A DNA stretch of 64,000 bases from an uncultured Acidimicrobiaceae bacterium (lineage in GTDB: Bacteria > Actinomycetota > Acidimicrobiia > Acidimicrobiales > Bog-793), in assembly GCA_963761425.1 (NCBI GenBank), contig CAVXGQ010000004.1, positions 534,134 to 598,133 of the forward strand, written 5' to 3'. The position numbers and the translations under genes are program-made. Positions 21,486 to 30,841 of the stretch are shown one piece after another. Below the pieces are notes generated by a model. It saw only the letters and a program-made list of their open reading frames with translations. It had not been told where the DNA came from and did no database searches. Numbering within the stretch: the stretch's first letter is position 1; every line of letters begins with the position of its first letter.

Positions 21486-23396
21486 ATGGACACGATGGCC
21501 GCCATCCTCGCGGTCGACCGGCCCCCCGGCGCGACCCCCGGCCGGCTGGGCGAACTCGTCGGGGCGGCCCGGGGAGCCGGTCCCGACGAGGTCGTGGTGG
21601 TGGTCGGCCCGGCGACGTCACTGCGCCACCTGCCCGAGGAGGCCACGGTGATCGTCGACCACGCCGGTGCGCCGAGCGAGGCGGCGGCACTTCGGGCCGT
21701 GGTCGATTACGCCCAGCGGTCGGGTGCCGGTGAGCTCGTCGTCGCGCTCGGCGCCGCGGTGGGCAACCTTCCCGCGGCCGACCCGGAGAGCTGGCGCCGG
21801 CTGCGGGAGGCGCCAGCGGGCGAGATCGTCGTCGGCACCGTCGGCGGCCAGCCGGCCGGCATGGTCCGACTAGCCGCGGCGGTCTGGCCACTGCTGCCCC
21901 TTGACGGTCGGGTGGAGAGGTGGCTCGCCGCCCAGGCCGGCCGGGTCGCCAGCTGTCCGCTCGAAGGCCCCGCCGGCGAGCCGACGCCTGCCGCCGGGCA
22001 GCCTCGCCGGGAAGGGGGGCGCGGCGAGGAAGCGTCCCCCGCTGATGTCGCCGCGGTGACGGCGTTGCTCGGCCGCCCGCCGGCCGGTGGTTTTGCGGTC
22101 GTGGTTCGGGGTCCGGCCGGCGGTCCGGTGGTCATCCGCAACGCCCCGTTCCTCTCCGACGGCACGCCGATGCCGACCATCTACTGGCTGGTCGGCCGCG
22201 TCGAGCGGGAGCTTGTCGGACGACTGGAGGCCGGCGGTGGTGTGCGGCGGGCCGAGGCGGCGGTCGGCGCCGCGCCCATCGCCGCGGCCCACGCCCGTTA
22301 CGCGGCCGAGCGCGAGGCGATGATCCCCGCCGACCATCCCGGACCGCGTCCAACCGGAGGGGTCGGTGGCACGCGGACCGGGGTGAAGTGCCTCCACGCC
22401 CATCTGGCGTGGTACCTGGCGGGCGGCGGCGACCCGGTGGGTCGCTGGGTGGCGCAGCAGCTCGCGCCAGGGCTGGCCGGCGCGGTGGCGGCCATCGACT
22501 GCGGGACCAACTCGACCCGTCTTCTCGTCCTGGCCGCGGACGGCACCACGCTCGAGCGGCAGATGGTCGTCACCCGGCTCGGCCAGGGCGTCGACCGCAC
22601 CGGCGAGCTCGCGGTGACGGCCATCGAGCGCACGTTGGCGGTTCTCACCGAGTACCGCGGTTTTTTGGACGCGCACGGCGTGGTGCGCGTGCGGGCCACC
22701 GCGACCTCGGCGGCCCGGGACGCCTCGAACGCCGCGGACTTCTTCGAGGCCGCGACGGAGATCCTCGGGGTTAGGCCGGAGCTCTTGACGGGGGAGGAGG
22801 AGGGTCGTCTCGCCTACCAGGGTGCGACGGCCGAGCTCGACCGCCGCCAGGGCCCGTTCCTGGTCGTCGACCTCGGCGGGGGGTCGACCGAGCTCGTCGC
22901 CGGGCGGGCGACCGGCGACGGCGCCCCGGCGGTCGTCTCGCTCGACGTCGGCTGCGTGCGGGTGACGGAGCGGTTCCTGGTGAGCGACCCCCCGACCGCG
23001 GCCGAGCTTTCCCGGGCCCGGGGTTTTGTCGGGCAGGTCGTCGAGGCGGCGGTGGCCCGCCGGCCCGAACTCGGCTTGCCCCGCCACCTGGTCGGGGTCG
23101 CCGGCACGATCTCCACGCTGGCCGCCCTCGAGCTCGGCCTCGACCACTACGACTCCGAGCGGGTCCACCTCGTCCGGATGTCCCGGGACTCGGTTGAGAA
23201 CTGGCTCCTAGCGCTGTCGGGTGAGACCCTGGTCCAGCGCCGGGCCCGCAGTGCCATCGAGCCCGGACGCGCCGACGTGATCGTCGGCGGCGTCGCCGTC
23301 CTGGCCGAGGTGATGGCGCACCTCGGCCACGAGGAGCTGGTCCACTCGGAAAGGGACATCCTCGACGGGATCGCGGCCGAGTTGCGCGCGATCTGA
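21486..23396 (+). CDS. fusion protein: degenerate MobA-like N-domain + DUF501 + Ppx/GppA phosphatase
   Basis: Residues about 1-160 are MobA/NTP-transferase-like but lack the GxSxRMG signature. The middle segment PVVIRNAPFLSDGTPMPTIYWLV...GTRTGVKCLHAHLAWYLAGG is DUF501-like. The C-terminal segment AAIDCGTNSTRLLV...DLGGGSTEL...AGTISTLAA is Ppx/GppA, ASKHA fold. Confidence 0.8.
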   Translation: MDTMAAILAVDRPPGATPGRLGELVGAARGAGPDEVVVVVGPATSLRHLPEEATVIVDHAGAPSEAAALRAVVDYAQRSGAGELVVALGAAVGNLPAADPESWRRLREAPAGEIVVGTVGGQPAGMVRLAAAVWPLLPLDGRVERWLAAQAGRVASCPLEGPAGEPTPAAGQPRREGGRGEEASPADVAAVTALLGRPPAGGFAVVVRGPAGGPVVIRNAPFLSDGTPMPTIYWLVGRVERELVGRLEAGGGVRRAEAAVGAAPIAAAHARYAAEREAMIPADHPGPRPTGGVGGTRTGVKCLHAHLAWYLAGGGDPVGRWVAQQLAPGLAGAVAAIDCGTNSTRLLVLAADGTTLERQMVVTRLGQGVDRTGELAVTAIERTLAVLTEYRGFLDAHGVVRVRATATSAARDASNAADFFEAATEILGVRPELLTGEEEGRLAYQGATAELDRRQGPFLVVDLGGGSTELVAGRATGDGAPAVVSLDVGCVRVTERFLVSDPPTAAELSRARGFVGQVVEAAVARRPELGLPRHLVGVAGTISTLAALELGLDHYDSERVHLVRMSRDSVENWLLALSGETLVQRRARSAIEPGRADVIVGGVAVLAEVMAHLGHEELVHSERDILDGIAAELRAI

Positions 23397-23404
23397 CGAT
23401 CCGT

Positions 23405-24607
23405 TCAGGTCGGGGGCCGGGGCGCTCCGGGGTCTTCCCCGAGTACGAGGGCGGTCGTCCGGGAGACGAAGGCGTCGTTGTCGCCGTGCCGGGCCTGCGC
23501 GTAGGCGCGTCCCTGCGCGGCGAGCTTGGCGCCGATCCGATCGTTCAGCACCACCCGGACCGCGTCGAGCAGCTCGCCGACGTTCCGGTACCACAGCCCG
23601 CCGTTGGCCGCGGCGACGTGGGCCCGGGCGGCCGAGTCGTCCGGGACGATGACGGGCACCCCGAGCAGCATCGACTCGAGGGCGAGGGCGCCGACCGGGC
23701 CCGGGGGGCGGACGTCGATAGTGGCCCGCGCCCGGGCGATGAGCCGGGAGAAGTTCACGTGGCTCGGGTTGACCGGCAGCGCCGCGGCGTTGTAGGCGTC
23801 GCAGATGCGCCAGGTCTCGCCGTCGACCTCGGCCACCGAGAGGCCTTCGAGGATGGGCGGGAGTATCTCGGCGTTCACCGCCCGGGCAAGGCGGGGGCTT
23901 CCGGAGGGGAAGCGCCGGACGAGCAGGACATAGTCGCCGTAGGCGGCGACGCCGACCAGCGGATCGGCCATGGCGTGGCGGTTGACCCCGATCGCCAGCT
24001 CGACGGGGATGAAGTCGCGCTGGCGCTGGGGCGCCAGCGCCACCAGCGCGGGGTGCTCGCCGGGGTGGACGGTGCCGATGCGGTCGGCGTGATCGACGAG
24101 CCGGGCGATCTCGGATGGCAGGGGCCGCCCGTCGCTGAGAAAGGGGATCGCGACCACCCGGGTCCGGCCAGTGTCGCCGGGCCTTCCCAAGGTCTCGAGG
24201 TCCCAGGGCTGGTGGAACCCGGCGATGACGATGGCGTCGGGGGCGATCGCCTCGAGGGATCCGATGACCTCGGTTGCCTCGCCCTCGTACCGGTCGAGGA
24301 GGTCCACCGCCGCCGCCGGGAGCCCGGATGGGCCGACGTGCCCGGCGAGGGCCTCGCGTAACAGGGCGCTGCGGCGGGGATTCGCACCTCGCACCGGGAC
24401 CCGGTGGACCTCGAAGACACTGTCGGCGTAGGTGGCATGCCCGGCGGTTCCCAGCTGGACCACGGCGACGTCAGCCCGACAGGCGAGCGCCCCGGCGATG
24501 AGCCGTGTCGCGGTGACCGCTTCGTTCTGGGACTCACCCCAGTAGCGCGTGACGATGGCGACGACCGGGCGGGTCCGGGGACGTGGCGCATCCGGGGCGG
24601 CGGCCAC
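23405..24607 (-). CDS. glycosyltransferase (GT-B fold, family 1/4-like)
   Basis: The C-terminal segment GALALESMLLGVPVIVPDDSAARAHVAAANGGLWYRNVGELLDAV resembles the GT1 nucleotide-sugar-binding half. Confidence 0.65.
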   Translation of the reverse strand: MAAAPDAPRPRTRPVVAIVTRYWGESQNEAVTATRLIAGALACRADVAVVQLGTAGHATYADSVFEVHRVPVRGANPRRSALLREALAGHVGPSGLPAAAVDLLDRYEGEATEVIGSLEAIAPDAIVIAGFHQPWDLETLGRPGDTGRTRVVAIPFLSDGRPLPSEIARLVDHADRIGTVHPGEHPALVALAPQRQRDFIPVELAIGVNRHAMADPLVGVAAYGDYVLLVRRFPSGSPRLARAVNAEILPPILEGLSVAEVDGETWRICDAYNAAALPVNPSHVNFSRLIARARATIDVRPPGPVGALALESMLLGVPVIVPDDSAARAHVAAANGGLWYRNVGELLDAVRVVLNDRIGAKLAAQGRAYAQARHGDNDAFVSRTTALVLGEDPGAPRPPT

Positions 24608-24613
24608 CTCGGG

Positions 24614-25090
24614 TCAGCGGTGGTTGTCGGCCGCGTCGAGCCGGTGCTCTAGGTGGCGGGCGAGGTCGATGAGGTCCTGCCGGACCGCTCCGAGCAGCGC
24701 CCGTTGGTCGGCGTAGCTGATGTTGTCGACCCGGTAGGCGATGGCGTCGATCGCCCGGGCGAGATTGGAGCGGAACGCCTGTTCCTCGGCGTAGTAGTGG
24801 CTCATCGCGCCGTTGACGATCCGGCTGAGCACGCGCTGCACGATCGCCTTCGGTCCCCAGCCGATCCCTTTGCACATGCGGGAGTTCGCCATATCCCAGT
24901 GATGATGGAGATAGTGGAGGCTCTCCAGGAGGTGGATCGGCTCGCGGCCGTCGTCCACCACGAGGTCCTCGTAGGTGGCCCGTGGCACCCAGGTGCGCGG
25001 GTACTCGTTGCGGCCTTCGGCCACGAGTGACCTCAGCTGTTCGACGATGGATCCGGCGTCGAGAGCGTCGTCGTGAGAAAGTTCGTCCAT
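24614..25090 (-). CDS. hypothetical protein in the glycosyltransferase cluster
   Basis: ORF 24614..25135. Met at 25090. An alternative GTG at 25024 sits 6 nt after GAGG and just past the upstream stop. His-rich motif LHYLHHHWDM. No family recognised. Confidence 0.5.
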   Translation of the reverse strand: MDELSHDDALDAGSIVEQLRSLVAEGRNEYPRTWVPRATYEDLVVDDGREPIHLLESLHYLHHHWDMANSRMCKGIGWGPKAIVQRVLSRIVNGAMSHYYAEEQAFRSNLARAIDAIAYRVDNISYADQRALLGAVRQDLIDLARHLEHRLDAADNHR

Positions 25091-26985
25091 CGTTCGTCCT
25101 CCTGTACCGTCGAGATCGGGCACCAGTCTCGCCACTTGCTGAGCAGAGTGTTGTAGTAGGGATCACCGGCCGCGAGCGTCGTTCCCCAGCGGTCGAGGAT
25201 CCGGCGGTGGGCCGCGGCGTCCTCGGTGTGCCCCCGGGAACGGGACTCGTGGTGCACGAGCTCGGTGAGCGGGGTGTACACGACCAGGTATCCGGCCGCG
25301 CGCAACTTCAGGCAGAAGTCGACGTCGTTGAACGCGACCGAGAGCCTTTCATCGAACCCGCCGACTGATTCATACACCTCGCGCCGGGTCATCATGCAGG
25401 CGCCGGTGACCGCGGAGCAGTCCCGGGTCTGAACCGCCATGGCCCCGTAGCCGGGACGATCGTCGGGCAGTCCCCGCAGTACATGGCCGGCCAGCCCGCC
25501 GAGGCCGAAGACCACCCCCCCGTGCTGGAGGGACCCGTCTGGGTAGACGAGACGCGCCCCTACCGCCCCGACCTCGGGGCGGAGCGCGTGGCCGACGAGG
25601 GCGTCGAGCCAGCGTGGCCGGCGGGCTTCGATGTCGTTGTTCATGAAAACGAGGAGCTCGCCGTCGCAGGCCCGGACCGCGGCGTTGTTGATCGCCGACC
25701 AGTTGAAGGAGCCCGGCGCGTCGACCAGGCGCACGTTCGGCTCGGTGAGCAGCCTCTCGACCAGGGCCTTGGTCTCGGGTAGCTCGCTTTCGTTGTCGAC
25801 CAGGACGAGCTCGAAACGGTCGTAGCCGGGCTCGGAGCGGATCGAGGTCACGCAGGTCGACAGCAGTGACGGCTCGTCCCGGAACGGGATGATGATGCTG
25901 ACGAGCGGGCGTCGGTCGATGGCCCACCGCACGTTGAAGCTGCCCTCCAGCGCGCTCGTCTCGATCGCGGCCTCGCGACCCCGGCGGGCGAGCGCTTCGA
26001 CGATGACTCGCCGCCTCGGGTGGTCGGCCGCGTCCGGCTCGCCAGATCGGGAGGCGGCCGGCTGCCGACGGTGGTAGGCGACACCCGGCACGTGTACGAT
26101 CCCCCGCGCCCGCTCGGTCGCCCGCAGCACGAGGTCGTAGTGCGAAGCGCTGTCGAACCCCGCTCGCAATCCACCGAGGTCGACCACCAGGGCACGTCGG
26201 AGCGCCACCAGCTGGCCGAGGTAGTCGCAGCCGAGGAACAGGTCCGGCGACCAGGCGGGCTTGAGCCGCGGCGCGAACCGCTCGCCAGCCGGGTCGATCC
26301 GATCTTCGTCGGTGTAGACGACGTCGGCCTCCGGCGATTGCGCCGCCGCTTCGGCGACGGTTTCGAGAGCCTCGGGCGCCAGTTCGTCGCTCGCCCCGAC
26401 CAAGACGACGAACTCGCCCTGGGCCGCGGCGATCACCCCGTTGATGGTGTCCGTCAACTCCCCGGCCGCGGCCTCAACCGCCCGGGCGCGTCGGTCGGCC
26501 CGTCGCAGCGAGCCGAGGACCTCCGACGTCGCCGGGTCCGCGCCGACCCGGACCACGACGAGCTCCCAGCGGGCGAAGGACTGGGCCAGGACCGACCCGA
26601 TGCAGCGTTCCACGAACTCGGTCGGCGTGTCGGCCGCACCAATTACGACGGTGAAGGTGGGCACGCCCCTCCAGGGTCGTCTCGTCGCCGCGGTACGGCC
26701 GAACTCGCTCCCCGGCGGTCCGACCCCGGTCGGCTCGCCGCGCTGGGCGAGCCACCGGTGATAGGCGCGGCGGTCCTCGGCGGCATCGAGGGGGTAACCG
26801 CCCTCGGGCCGAGCGGCAAGCTCCTCGGCGTCGGGATCGTCCCGGTCGCGTCCCCGCCAGTGGTCGTAGGTTCGGGTCGGCCCGGTGGTCTCCAGGGTGT
26901 CGAGTTCACGTGCCGCCCGGTCGAGCGCCGCAACGAGGCGGGCGACCTCGCCCGCGCTGTCACGGAGGTGATGCTGGCTCGTCAT
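25033..26985 (-). CDS. glycosyltransferase with two family-2 (GT-A) domains
   Basis: Two GT2 modules: FTVVIGAADTP...DVVYTDEDR and VSIIIPFRDEP...VLVDNESE...LLVFMNNDIE...DVDFCLKLRAAGY...HHES. Start set at ATG 26985 to avoid overlap with the divergent GNAT gene. Confidence 0.8.
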   Translation of the reverse strand: MTSQHHLRDSAGEVARLVAALDRAARELDTLETTGPTRTYDHWRGRDRDDPDAEELAARPEGGYPLDAAEDRRAYHRWLAQRGEPTGVGPPGSEFGRTAATRRPWRGVPTFTVVIGAADTPTEFVERCIGSVLAQSFARWELVVVRVGADPATSEVLGSLRRADRRARAVEAAAGELTDTINGVIAAAQGEFVVLVGASDELAPEALETVAEAAAQSPEADVVYTDEDRIDPAGERFAPRLKPAWSPDLFLGCDYLGQLVALRRALVVDLGGLRAGFDSASHYDLVLRATERARGIVHVPGVAYHRRQPAASRSGEPDAADHPRRRVIVEALARRGREAAIETSALEGSFNVRWAIDRRPLVSIIIPFRDEPSLLSTCVTSIRSEPGYDRFELVLVDNESELPETKALVERLLTEPNVRLVDAPGSFNWSAINNAAVRACDGELLVFMNNDIEARRPRWLDALVGHALRPEVGAVGARLVYPDGSLQHGGVVFGLGGLAGHVLRGLPDDRPGYGAMAVQTRDCSAVTGACMMTRREVYESVGGFDERLSVAFNDVDFCLKLRAAGYLVVYTPLTELVHHESRSRGHTEDAAAHRRILDRWGTTLAAGDPYYNTLLSKWRDWCPISTVQEDERWTNFLTTTLSTPDPSSNS

Positions 26986-27125
26986 CGCGGCTCTGCCGGA
27001 TCGGTCGTCGCGCCCACCGCGACGACCCGGCGTCCGGTGAGTGTAGGTGGTGAGGGGCGCCGGGGGATCTGGCAGCATGGGGCGGTGGTCGACTGCTTGC
27101 CGGGCGGGGTCGGGATGATCCCGTC

Positions 27126-27770
27126 GTGGCGCGAAGGCGCGCGGTGGCCGAGCTGACAACCCGCGATCTCGGCCAGGAGTTGTCCGGTCGGCGTGTGACC
27201 CTGCGCCCCTTGCGGGTGGGGGACTACCGCGCCTGGCTCGAGGTGAGGACGCGGGCCCGCGAATGGCTCGTGCACTGGGAGCCGCGTCGGGCCGGGGGGC
27301 CGTACCTCGCCGAGGACCGCGCCTCGTTCGCAGCGCGTTGTTCGATGCGCGAACGCGAACGCCAGCTCGGTACCGCCTACAGCTTCGGGATCTTCGTGAA
27401 GGGGGCCTTCGTCGGCGAGATCAACCTGTCGTCGATCCAGCGCGGCGCCTCCCAGGGTGCCTACCTCGGTTACTGGGTCGACGAGGCGCACGCTGGCCGA
27501 GGTTACGTGCCGGAGTCGTGTGTTGTCGTGTTCGGCTTCGCTTTCGATGAGCTGAATTTGCACCGCGTCCAGGTGGCGATCATCCCGCGTAACTGGCCGA
27601 GCCGACGGGTGGCCGAGAAGCTCGGACTCGTCGAGGAGGGTCTCGCCCGGGGTTACCTGGAGATCGACGGAGCCTGGGAGGACCACGTCCGCTACGCGAT
27701 CAGCGCCGAGGACTGGGCGGAACGCCGCGAGGCCTATCTCGACGACTGGATCCGACCGAATGGCGCCTGA
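27126..27770 (+). CDS. GNAT N-acetyltransferase (RimJ/RimL-like)
   Basis: VTLRPLRVGDYRAW...FGIFVKGAFVGEINLSSI...AYLGYWVDEAHAGRGY...LHRVQVAIIPRNWPSRRVAEKLG. Confidence 0.8.
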   Translation: MARRRAVAELTTRDLGQELSGRRVTLRPLRVGDYRAWLEVRTRAREWLVHWEPRRAGGPYLAEDRASFAARCSMRERERQLGTAYSFGIFVKGAFVGEINLSSIQRGASQGAYLGYWVDEAHAGRGYVPESCVVVFGFAFDELNLHRVQVAIIPRNWPSRRVAEKLGLVEEGLARGYLEIDGAWEDHVRYAISAEDWAERREAYLDDWIRPNGA

Positions 27771-27782
27771 GCCGCCCGCCGG

Positions 27783-29015
27783 TCAGGGTCGACCGGCCCC
27801 GACGAAGCCGAAGTAGTACATCGGCGAGTACGAGACGGTCTCACCGGTCTCGGGCGCCTGGATGATCGTCTCGGTGCCGTAGGGGCCCGAACCGACGTAC
27901 ATCGCGACGTGGGTGATGGGATCGGGGCCATCGTCGGGGAACGAGTAGAACAGCAGATCGCCGGGTTCGATCGCCGACAGGGGGATGTGCTGGGTCTCCT
28001 GGTACTGGTACCAGGCGGAATGGGTCAGGCTGACGCCCGCCGCCGCCCAGGCGACCATGGTGAGCCCGGAACAGTCGAACCCCGACGGACCGGCCCCACC
28101 CCAGACGTAGGGCACGCCGAGGTACCCCAGCGCGGTCTCGACGGCACGGTTTCCCGCCGCGGTGGATCCCGCCGGGACGAGCGCCGGGTAGCCGGCCTCG
28201 CTCGCCAGTGCCGCTTGGGCTTGCGCCGCTTCGGCCGCCGCGGGATCACTCCCGGCCAGGGCGCTCGCCAGCTCGAACTCGGCCGCGGCACTGGAGGCGT
28301 CCTGGTTGCGGGCCTTGGCGGCCGTGGCCGCCCGGGCCGCCGCGGCTTTGGCCGCGGCCTCGGCCGCGGCCTGCTCGGCGATCAGCGTGGCGAGTTGTCC
28401 TTTGACCCGACTGAGGGCCGCGGCGGTCTGCTGCTCGGCGGCCACCGCCTGGGAGCGCGCCGCGGCGGCGGTGAGCGCCGCGTCGTGGGCGTCGGCGACC
28501 TCGGTGCGTTCCGCGGCTTCGTGGGCGACCAGGCGAGCCTTCGCGGCGTCGAGACGGATCACGGCGGCGTGGAGCGAACGCGTGGCCACCTCGGCGTAGG
28601 TGGTGAGCGATTCGGCGTTGGCGAGCGAGGAGGTGAACAATCCGGCGTACTCAGCCGAGGCGCTGTTGTCCTCGATGTAGGCCTCGACGGCGGCTTTCTG
28701 GACCCTGAGCTTTCCAGCCTCGATGGCGCGGTTGTCGTGGCGGATCTCGCGGCGCAGCTCCTTTAAGCGTCCCTGGGCCAGCCCGATGAGGACGTTGGCC
28801 TGGTCGTAGCGCTCGCCGGCCGTCTGCTCCTTCTCGTTGTCGGTGGCGATGAGCTGGGAGAGCTGGGCCGCCTGGGACCGTGCCGCCTGGATCTGGGCGT
28901 TGGTCGGGCCCCCCGGGGCGCCCGGGGCGGCAGAAGCCGGACCGGCGCAAACTCCCACCAGGACGAATGCGCCCAGCAGGGACGCGATTGCCCCCCTGAA
29001 CCTCACCGATAACAC
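27783..29015 (-). CDS. secreted coiled-coil NlpC/P60 peptidoglycan endopeptidase (RipA/PcsB-like architecture)
   Basis: Signal peptide and a long coiled coil. C-terminal YLGVPYVWGGAGPSGFDCSGL...HVAMYVG contains the NlpC/P60 catalytic Cys and His. Confidence 0.85.
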   Translation of the reverse strand: MLSVRFRGAIASLLGAFVLVGVCAGPASAAPGAPGGPTNAQIQAARSQAAQLSQLIATDNEKEQTAGERYDQANVLIGLAQGRLKELRREIRHDNRAIEAGKLRVQKAAVEAYIEDNSASAEYAGLFTSSLANAESLTTYAEVATRSLHAAVIRLDAAKARLVAHEAAERTEVADAHDAALTAAAARSQAVAAEQQTAAALSRVKGQLATLIAEQAAAEAAAKAAAARAATAAKARNQDASSAAAEFELASALAGSDPAAAEAAQAQAALASEAGYPALVPAGSTAAGNRAVETALGYLGVPYVWGGAGPSGFDCSGLTMVAWAAAGVSLTHSAWYQYQETQHIPLSAIEPGDLLFYSFPDDGPDPITHVAMYVGSGPYGTETIIQAPETGETVSYSPMYYFGFVGAGRP

Positions 29016-29139
29016 CCATTAACTTTGGTCACAGCGGGGGCAATTGTCAAAGATATCGGGCGAATCGCCAGGTGAGAGGCCCCGACCGGTCCGGTAGCGT
29101 CGTGTCGGCAGGTCGGGGCGCACTCCGGGGAGGGACGAG

Positions 29140-30762
29140 GTGTCCAAGCGAGCCGTCAGCACCCGCTCGGGGGACGTGCGCGGGATCGAAGCCGACGGGG
29201 TGTGGTCCTACCGGGCGATTCCCTACGCCGCCGCCCCGATCGGCTCGCTCCGCTTCCGGTCCCCGCAGCCGCCGCCGTCGTGGGCCGGCGCCCGAGACGC
29301 CTCCACCTTCGGCCCGGTGGCGCCGCAACCGCCGTCGGGGATCGGCAGCTACTTCCCGGGTGATCCCGTCGAACAGAGTGAGGACTGCCTGGTGTGCAAC
29401 GTCTGGACCCCGGCTCCCGGGGGCGGGTCGCGGCCGGTGATGGTGTTCGTCCACGGCGGCGCCTTCTCCAACGGGAGCGGATCGGGCGTCATGTACCGCG
29501 GGGACCGCTTGGCCGCCCGGGGGGTCGTCGTGGTGACCTTCAACTATCGGCTCGGCGCGCTGGGTTTTCTCGCCCACCCGGCCCTGGCGGAGGGGGCGCA
29601 GGGTGGGTTCGGAAACTGGGGGCTTCTCGACCAGATCGCCGCTCTCCGTTGGGTGCGCGACAACATCGGGTCGTTCGGAGGCGACTCGGGGAACGTCACC
29701 GTGTTCGGCGAGTCGGCGGGGGCGATGTCGATCTGTGACCTGTTGGCCGCGCCGGCGGCGCGGGGACTGTTTCGCCGGGCCATCGTCGAAAGCGGCGCGG
29801 CGCTGGCCATCGACCCTCCCCCGGCGGCCCGCATCGCCGAACGGCTAGCGAGCCTGCTCGGGCTGTCGGAGCTCGGCCGGGAGGCGCTGTCGGCCGTCCC
29901 GGCCGACGAGCTCATCGGCGCGCAGATCGAGGTGAACGCCGAGGTGGACGCCGGCGTCGGGCTGCCGTTCCAGCCGGTGGTCGACGGGGGACTGTTCCCC
30001 CGCCATCCCGAGGACGCCATCGTGGCGGGTTCCTCGGAGGGGGTCGACCTGCTCATCGGGTCGAACCGGGACGAGTTCAAGCTGTTTTCGTTCGCGGTCC
30101 TGGCCGCCCGGGAGCTGTCGGAGGCCGATCTCGAGGGGCTCGTCGGGCGGTACCTGCGGGGGGCGGGGATTGCCGACGACACGCTTGGTACCGAAGCGAT
30201 CGCCGAGTATCGGCGGGCGCGGGCCGGCCGGGGCGAGCCGGCGAGCGCCCGGGCGATCTTCGACGCGATCGTCACCGACTGGATCTTCCGTGTCCCCCAG
30301 CTTCGTCTCGCCGACGCGCACCGGAGCCGCACCCCGGCGACCTACGCCTACCTGTTCGACTGGGAGTCACCATTCGCCGGCGGGGGCCTGGGCGCCTGCC
30401 ATGGCGTCGAGCTCCCCTTCGTGTTCGGCACGGTGCACGAACCGATCATCGGGCTGTTCTCCGGAACCGGGGCGGAAGCCTTCCAACTCTCGGAGGAGAT
30501 GCAGGCTTCGTGGGTCGCCTTCGCCGGCCACGGCGACCCGTCGAACGAGCTGACGGGCAGCTGGCCCCGCTACGAGACGAGCACCCGGGCGACCATGCGG
30601 TTCGGGGCCCGGTCAGGGCTCGTCGACGCGCCCTACGAGTCCGAACGACAGTTCTGGGAGCGACGGCTCGGCCGCTACGGTGTCGGCGGTCCGATCGAGG
30701 GCGCGCGACGCCACGACGTCGCCCTCGTCGCTCCGGAACAGGAAGAACAGGCGGGGACGTAG
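29140..30762 (+). CDS. type-B carboxylesterase/lipase
   Basis: GTG at 29140 follows GGGGAGGGA. Motifs EDCLVCNVWTP, VFVHGGAF and the nucleophile elbow FGESAGAMS. Confidence 0.88.
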   Translation: MSKRAVSTRSGDVRGIEADGVWSYRAIPYAAAPIGSLRFRSPQPPPSWAGARDASTFGPVAPQPPSGIGSYFPGDPVEQSEDCLVCNVWTPAPGGGSRPVMVFVHGGAFSNGSGSGVMYRGDRLAARGVVVVTFNYRLGALGFLAHPALAEGAQGGFGNWGLLDQIAALRWVRDNIGSFGGDSGNVTVFGESAGAMSICDLLAAPAARGLFRRAIVESGAALAIDPPPAARIAERLASLLGLSELGREALSAVPADELIGAQIEVNAEVDAGVGLPFQPVVDGGLFPRHPEDAIVAGSSEGVDLLIGSNRDEFKLFSFAVLAARELSEADLEGLVGRYLRGAGIADDTLGTEAIAEYRRARAGRGEPASARAIFDAIVTDWIFRVPQLRLADAHRSRTPATYAYLFDWESPFAGGGLGACHGVELPFVFGTVHEPIIGLFSGTGAEAFQLSEEMQASWVAFAGHGDPSNELTGSWPRYETSTRATMRFGARSGLVDAPYESERQFWERRLGRYGVGGPIEGARRHDVALVAPEQEEQAGT

Positions 30763-30826
30763 CCCAACCGGTAGAGGCAGAGCGCTTAAAACGTTCACAG
30801 TGAGGGTTCGACTCCCTCCGTCCCCA
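30753..30826 (+). tRNA. 74-nt class I tRNA, anticodon UAA (nominally Leu), atypical
   Basis: Hand-folded cloverleaf. Perfect 7-bp acceptor stem GGGGACG/CGTCCCC. D-arm GCCC/AGGC with one C-A mismatch and GG in the loop. 5-bp anticodon stem GAGCG/CGTTC with loop CTTAAAA (U33, UAA, A37). 5-nt variable loop. T-arm GAGGG-TTCGACT-CCCTC. Discriminator A. No encoded CCA. Overlaps the last 10 nt of the esterase CDS. Confidence 0.7.
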
Positions 30827-30841
30827 CGAAGAGCCGGGCGA

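Noticed and set aside
30753-30826. The tRNA gene encoded on the minus strand instead.
   Set aside because: The reverse complement places no TTCGA-type T loop or GG D loop in the right arms. Only the + strand gives a canonical cloverleaf.
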